64,000 bases of DNA from Raillietiella orientalis (lineage: Eukaryota): positions 2,976,001 to 3,040,000 of the forward strand of contig JAYWIR010000010.1 of the NCBI GenBank assembly GCA_036172245.1, given 5' to 3'. The notes beneath the pieces are model-generated. The model was not told the DNA's origin and made no database searches. It worked only from the letters and a program-made list of their open reading frames with translations. The translations under genes and the position numbers were made by a program. This document shows positions 62,681 to 64,000 of the stretch, piece after piece (positions within the stretch are counted from its first letter, which is position 1; each line of letters opens with the position of its first letter).

Positions 62681-63889
62681 TATCGCTCATCACCAGCATC
62701 CCTAAGAGATGAGAGTTTGGTAGAGATACTGATTTAGGAAAATGCAGAACGAACGAAATTGCATACCCTTAATTAGGATCTGATTTGTTTAGTCAGTAAA
62801 TGCCCCCAATTGATTCGAGGCATGAATGGGCCTCTGTGCTGTTGTCTTGTATACAGAATTAAGGCGCGATCTTTTTTTTTAAAAAAAAAAAAAAAAGATA
62901 AAAATACTTCCTGCGTTACGGTGATTTTTAATGCTCTGAATTGAAGCCAATGGCAAAAAGCGGATTCACTGCGCATTTCACTGCATTCAGGTACGAGAAT
63001 TCGAAAATTCAATTCGATTTCATCCGAAGCTCAAGAACTTACAGAAGACATTCATTTTCCAAAAGGAAGATACTCCTTCTTTTGACAAGTTGGGATTTTC
63101 GGCATGGCACTGAAGATGTTTTCCATGATGATGGGGAAGAGGAAGTATGGTTAGGTTACTGATTACAGTACCATTGACTAGAAATACCTAGAATGGAAGA
63201 AAACTGCCATCTTATCAAATATAAAATCAACTTTCATTGATGTCAGACTACTGCATCCTTCGTAAAATGGCCGACAGTGCTCATGTAGTTATGATCACAC
63301 GCCGGTCTGCATCATGAAGTCAAAAAGTAAATCATAGAAACGGATTCCACGCGTTCATGCAAGATTCTGGTGTTCCCATGAAGTCACAAACGGTAAGGGA
63401 AACAGTTCAAGGAGGCAGCCAGTAAAATTCTGACTGCGTTGATAGGGAACGAGTGAAGGAGCATCATCCTACGTTGGGCATGTCAGCCGTCAGAAGAAAC
63501 AGAACCAGACGAGGCAGGAGATCATGAACGAGATCGGAGATTCACGGGGTTGGTGTGCGCATTTGTGCACCCCTATCAGTTTTGCTTAATGCAAATAACG
63601 AAATAAAATTCTGAATAAGACAAGGAGAAGCTGTAATTCAGGGGACCAACCAGGCATCTCTGGTTTGCGAAAGTGAAGACCATATTATTTAGATCTTAAG
63701 AGTAATCTTAAAATCTGCTCAGTTTGATTATGCAAGAGAAATACAAGGGATGCGAGCATTTTTCTCTTCTTTTGAATCTCACGATGCTAAATTGGAGTTG
63801 AGTAGCTGGTTATTTAAGAAAAAGAAAGTAAGTAGCTTTTCAACATGGCGCCTGTGTATCTCAAACGGCATGAAGAGTTCTTTGGCGCG

Positions 63890-64000
63890 ACAACACATGC
63901 ACTTTATTCATTCTTCAGAAACGACTGCCAGATGGATGCATCCTGAGCAAGCAGAGCCTCACTGCTGTGAGGCTTGGCTTCTCGCGGCAGTTCACGCAGG
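63890..64000 (+). repeat. Near-identical direct repeat, copy B (runs off the window end)
   Basis: Matches 51516-51626. Confidence 0.95.

Noticed and set aside
1..64000. Prokaryotic or phage system (operon, CRISPR array, defence island, retron)
   Set aside because: No gene-dense long ORFs and no repeat-spacer array. Spliceosomal introns and animal transposons dominate.

Overview
Eukaryotic, probably arthropod, genomic DNA: GT-AG introns, simple repeats and many decayed transposons. There are no operons, rRNA, intact tRNA genes or CRISPR arrays. The one host gene I can recognise is a minus-strand, multi-exon Ig-superfamily membrane protein of the Sidestep/nephrin type. Its 3' exons (Ig, Ig, Ig, FN3, TM) lie at ~55543-43638; its 5' exons were not found. 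Most of the rest is transposon relics: two mariner elements (one with an internal inversion), two piggyBac-like relics (one inside ~250-bp inverted repeats), a NeSL/Utopia-clade restriction-like-endonuclease retrotransposon, two related L1/Tx1-like copies, several CR1/L2-type LINE fragments, a possible LTR and five copies of a tRNA-headed SINE. Inverted duplications and 38-45-nt near-perfect hairpins recur, and most relics at 12-37 kb lie on the minus strand. I did not find a convincing new biological system. The best leads are the SINE family, the long-inverted-repeat piggyBac-like element, the inverted microexon-bearing duplication and a possible small-RNA (piRNA-cluster-like) role for the transposon-dense block. 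All calls come from manual translation and motif recall without database searches, and the ends of decayed elements are approximate.
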